Made by a program: the position numbers and the translations under genes
The notes under the pieces: model-generated
The model's input: only the letters and a program-made list of their open reading frames with translations
Told to the model about the DNA's origin: nothing
The model's database searches: none
Assembly (NCBI GenBank): GCA_965217865.1
Contig: CBDCJO010000002.1
Location: 2,944,001-3,008,000, forward strand
Length of the DNA: 64,000 bases
Reading direction: 5' to 3'
Source of the DNA: Candidatus Latescibacterota bacterium
Lineage (GTDB): Bacteria > Latescibacterota > UBA2968 > SICM01
Shown: positions 62,553 to 64,000 of the stretch, one piece after another
Position numbering within the stretch: the stretch's first letter is position 1
Layout of the letters: every line of letters begins with the position of its first letter

Positions 62553-64000
62553 ATGAGCGGTATTTCGCAATTTTTGACGAAGCTCTTCGGGAGCAAACAC
62601 GAGCGGGACATCAAAAAATTCGCTCCCCAGGTCAAAGAGATCAACGCGGTCTATGGAACGCTTCATGCCCTATCAGACGAGGATTTAAAAGCGAAGACAG
62701 ACGGGTTCAAAGCCCGTCTAAGAGATGAGACATCGGAAAACCGAAAAAACCTCGAGCAGTTGCAACATAGTCTTCTGGAGCAGATGTCGACAGAAGAGCG
62801 GGGCTCACTGGTCGAGGAGGGTGATGCGACAGAGCGTGAGATCATCGAGATCGAGGGGGAGGTCCTCGATGAGATCATGCCAGAGGCCTTTGCGGTGGTC
62901 AAAGAGGTATGCAGGCGGTTCAAGGAAAGGGAGATGTCCTGGGAGCGTGCGGGTGAACGGATTACCTGGCGGGATGTTCCCTACGACGTCCAGCTGATCG
63001 GTGGGATAGTGCTCCATCAGGGAACGATCGCGGAGATGGCAACCGGGGAGGGAAAGACCCTGGTTGCGGCGATGCCGATCTATCTGAACGCCTTGAGCGG
63101 AAGGGGCGTCCATCTGGTAACGGTCAACAACTACCTTGCCCGGAGAGACGCCATGTGGGTGGGCCCGATCTACCTTTCCCTCGGCCTGACGGTGGGCATT
63201 ATCCAGGACCGGCGGATGGACGGAGAGGAGGCTTATCTTCTTGTCGAGAAGGATGGGGACTATAAGATCGAACCCTGCGAGCACAAAGACGCCTATGCCG
63301 CAGACATCACCTACGGGTCGAAGGATCAATTCGGTTTCGACCACCTTTATGACAACATGGCCGTGCGTGTCGAAGAGATTATGCAGCGGCGACATAATTA
63401 CGCGATCGTCGATGAGGCCGACAGCATCCTGATCGATGAGGCGCGAACACCGTTGATCATTTCCGGGCCGGTCCCGGAGTCGACTCATCGTTACGAGGAG
63501 ATGAAGCCCCTGGTCCAGAAGCTCGTTCGCCGGCAAACCGGTGTGGTCAATGGAATTCTTTCGGAAGGCGAGGCGCAGAAAGATGAGGCGGACGAATATA
63601 AAGCAGGCCTCCTGCTCCTTCAGGTTCAAAGAGGGGCACCGAAGAATCGACGATTTATGAAACTCCTGCAGGAGGAGGGAATCAAAAAGCTGATTACCCG
63701 CGTTGAGCTGGACTACATGCGGGACAAACGGATGGGTGAGATCGACGAACCGCTCTACTACAGCATCGATGAGCGGAGCCACGTTGTGGAATTGACGGAG
63801 CGGGGGAGGGAATCCCTCTCGCCGGAGGAGCAAGACTCGTTCGTGCTGCCGGACCTGAGCGTGGAGCTCCAGGAGATCGAGGAGGATGAAGCCCTCTCGG
63901 ATGAGGAGAAGACGGAAGGGCAGGACAAGGCCCATCGCGAACACGCCTTAAAGAGCGAGGCGATACACAACGTACACCAGCTTTTGAAGGCATATTCCCT
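62553..64000 (+). CDS. secA: Protein translocase subunit SecA (3' truncated by window; absent from ORF track)
   Basis: [21 protein letters not shown]; PYDVQLIGG; [11 protein letters not shown]; [19 protein letters not shown]. Confidence 0.96.
   Translation, partial: MSGISQFLTKLFGSKHERDIKKFAPQVKEINAVYGTLHALSDEDLKAKTDGFKARLRDETSENRKNLEQLQHSLLEQMSTEERGSLVEEGDATEREIIEIEGEVLDEIMPEAFAVVKEVCRRFKEREMSWERAGERITWRDVPYDVQLIGGIVLHQGTIAEMATGEGKTLVAAMPIYLNALSGRGVHLVTVNNYLARRDAMWVGPIYLSLGLTVGIIQDRRMDGEEAYLLVEKDGDYKIEPCEHKDAYAADITYGSKDQFGFDHLYDNMAVRVEEIMQRRHNYAIVDEADSILIDEARTPLIISGPVPESTHRYEEMKPLVQKLVRRQTGVVNGILSEGEAQKDEADEYKAGLLLLQVQRGAPKNRRFMKLLQEEGIKKLITRVELDYMRDKRMGEIDEPLYYSIDERSHVVELTERGRESLSPEEQDSFVLPDLSVELQEIEEDEALSDEEKTEGQDKAHREHALKSEAIHNVHQLLKAYS

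Overview
Chromosomal window from a fairly GC-rich Gram-negative bacterium, probably FCB superphylum (Latescibacterota-like). That call is an inference from the FlgD/T9SS-type C-terminal domain, a short Bacteroidetes-type sigma-70 and an extended SecA. In order, it holds: a giant secreted repeat/ZU5/PKD/FN3 protein broken by two lesions; a Wzx-type glycan cluster; an orphan rpmH; sugar and sulfate-ester catabolic genes; a sigma-4 HTH gene flanked by micro-ORF/hairpin units; an acyl-ligase-ACP-acyltransferase fusion; a Fur-boxed TonB receptor; a lesioned ~1000-codon acidic pseudo-receiver membrane-protein gene; a six-gene cobalamin methyl-transfer cluster (MtaA/CmuA-like MT, Hcy-MT, corrinoid protein, 4-Cys protein, RACo, MetF-MetV); an S55 peptidase and a beta-propeller protein; ribD-ribE-ribBA-ribH-nusB; and the 5' part of secA. 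Two inverted copies of a 232-bp IS1595/ISNwi1-like MITE are present, one with a perfect 8-bp target duplication inside a gene. No tRNA, rRNA or CRISPR array was seen. All product calls come from motif reading by eye; no searches were run.
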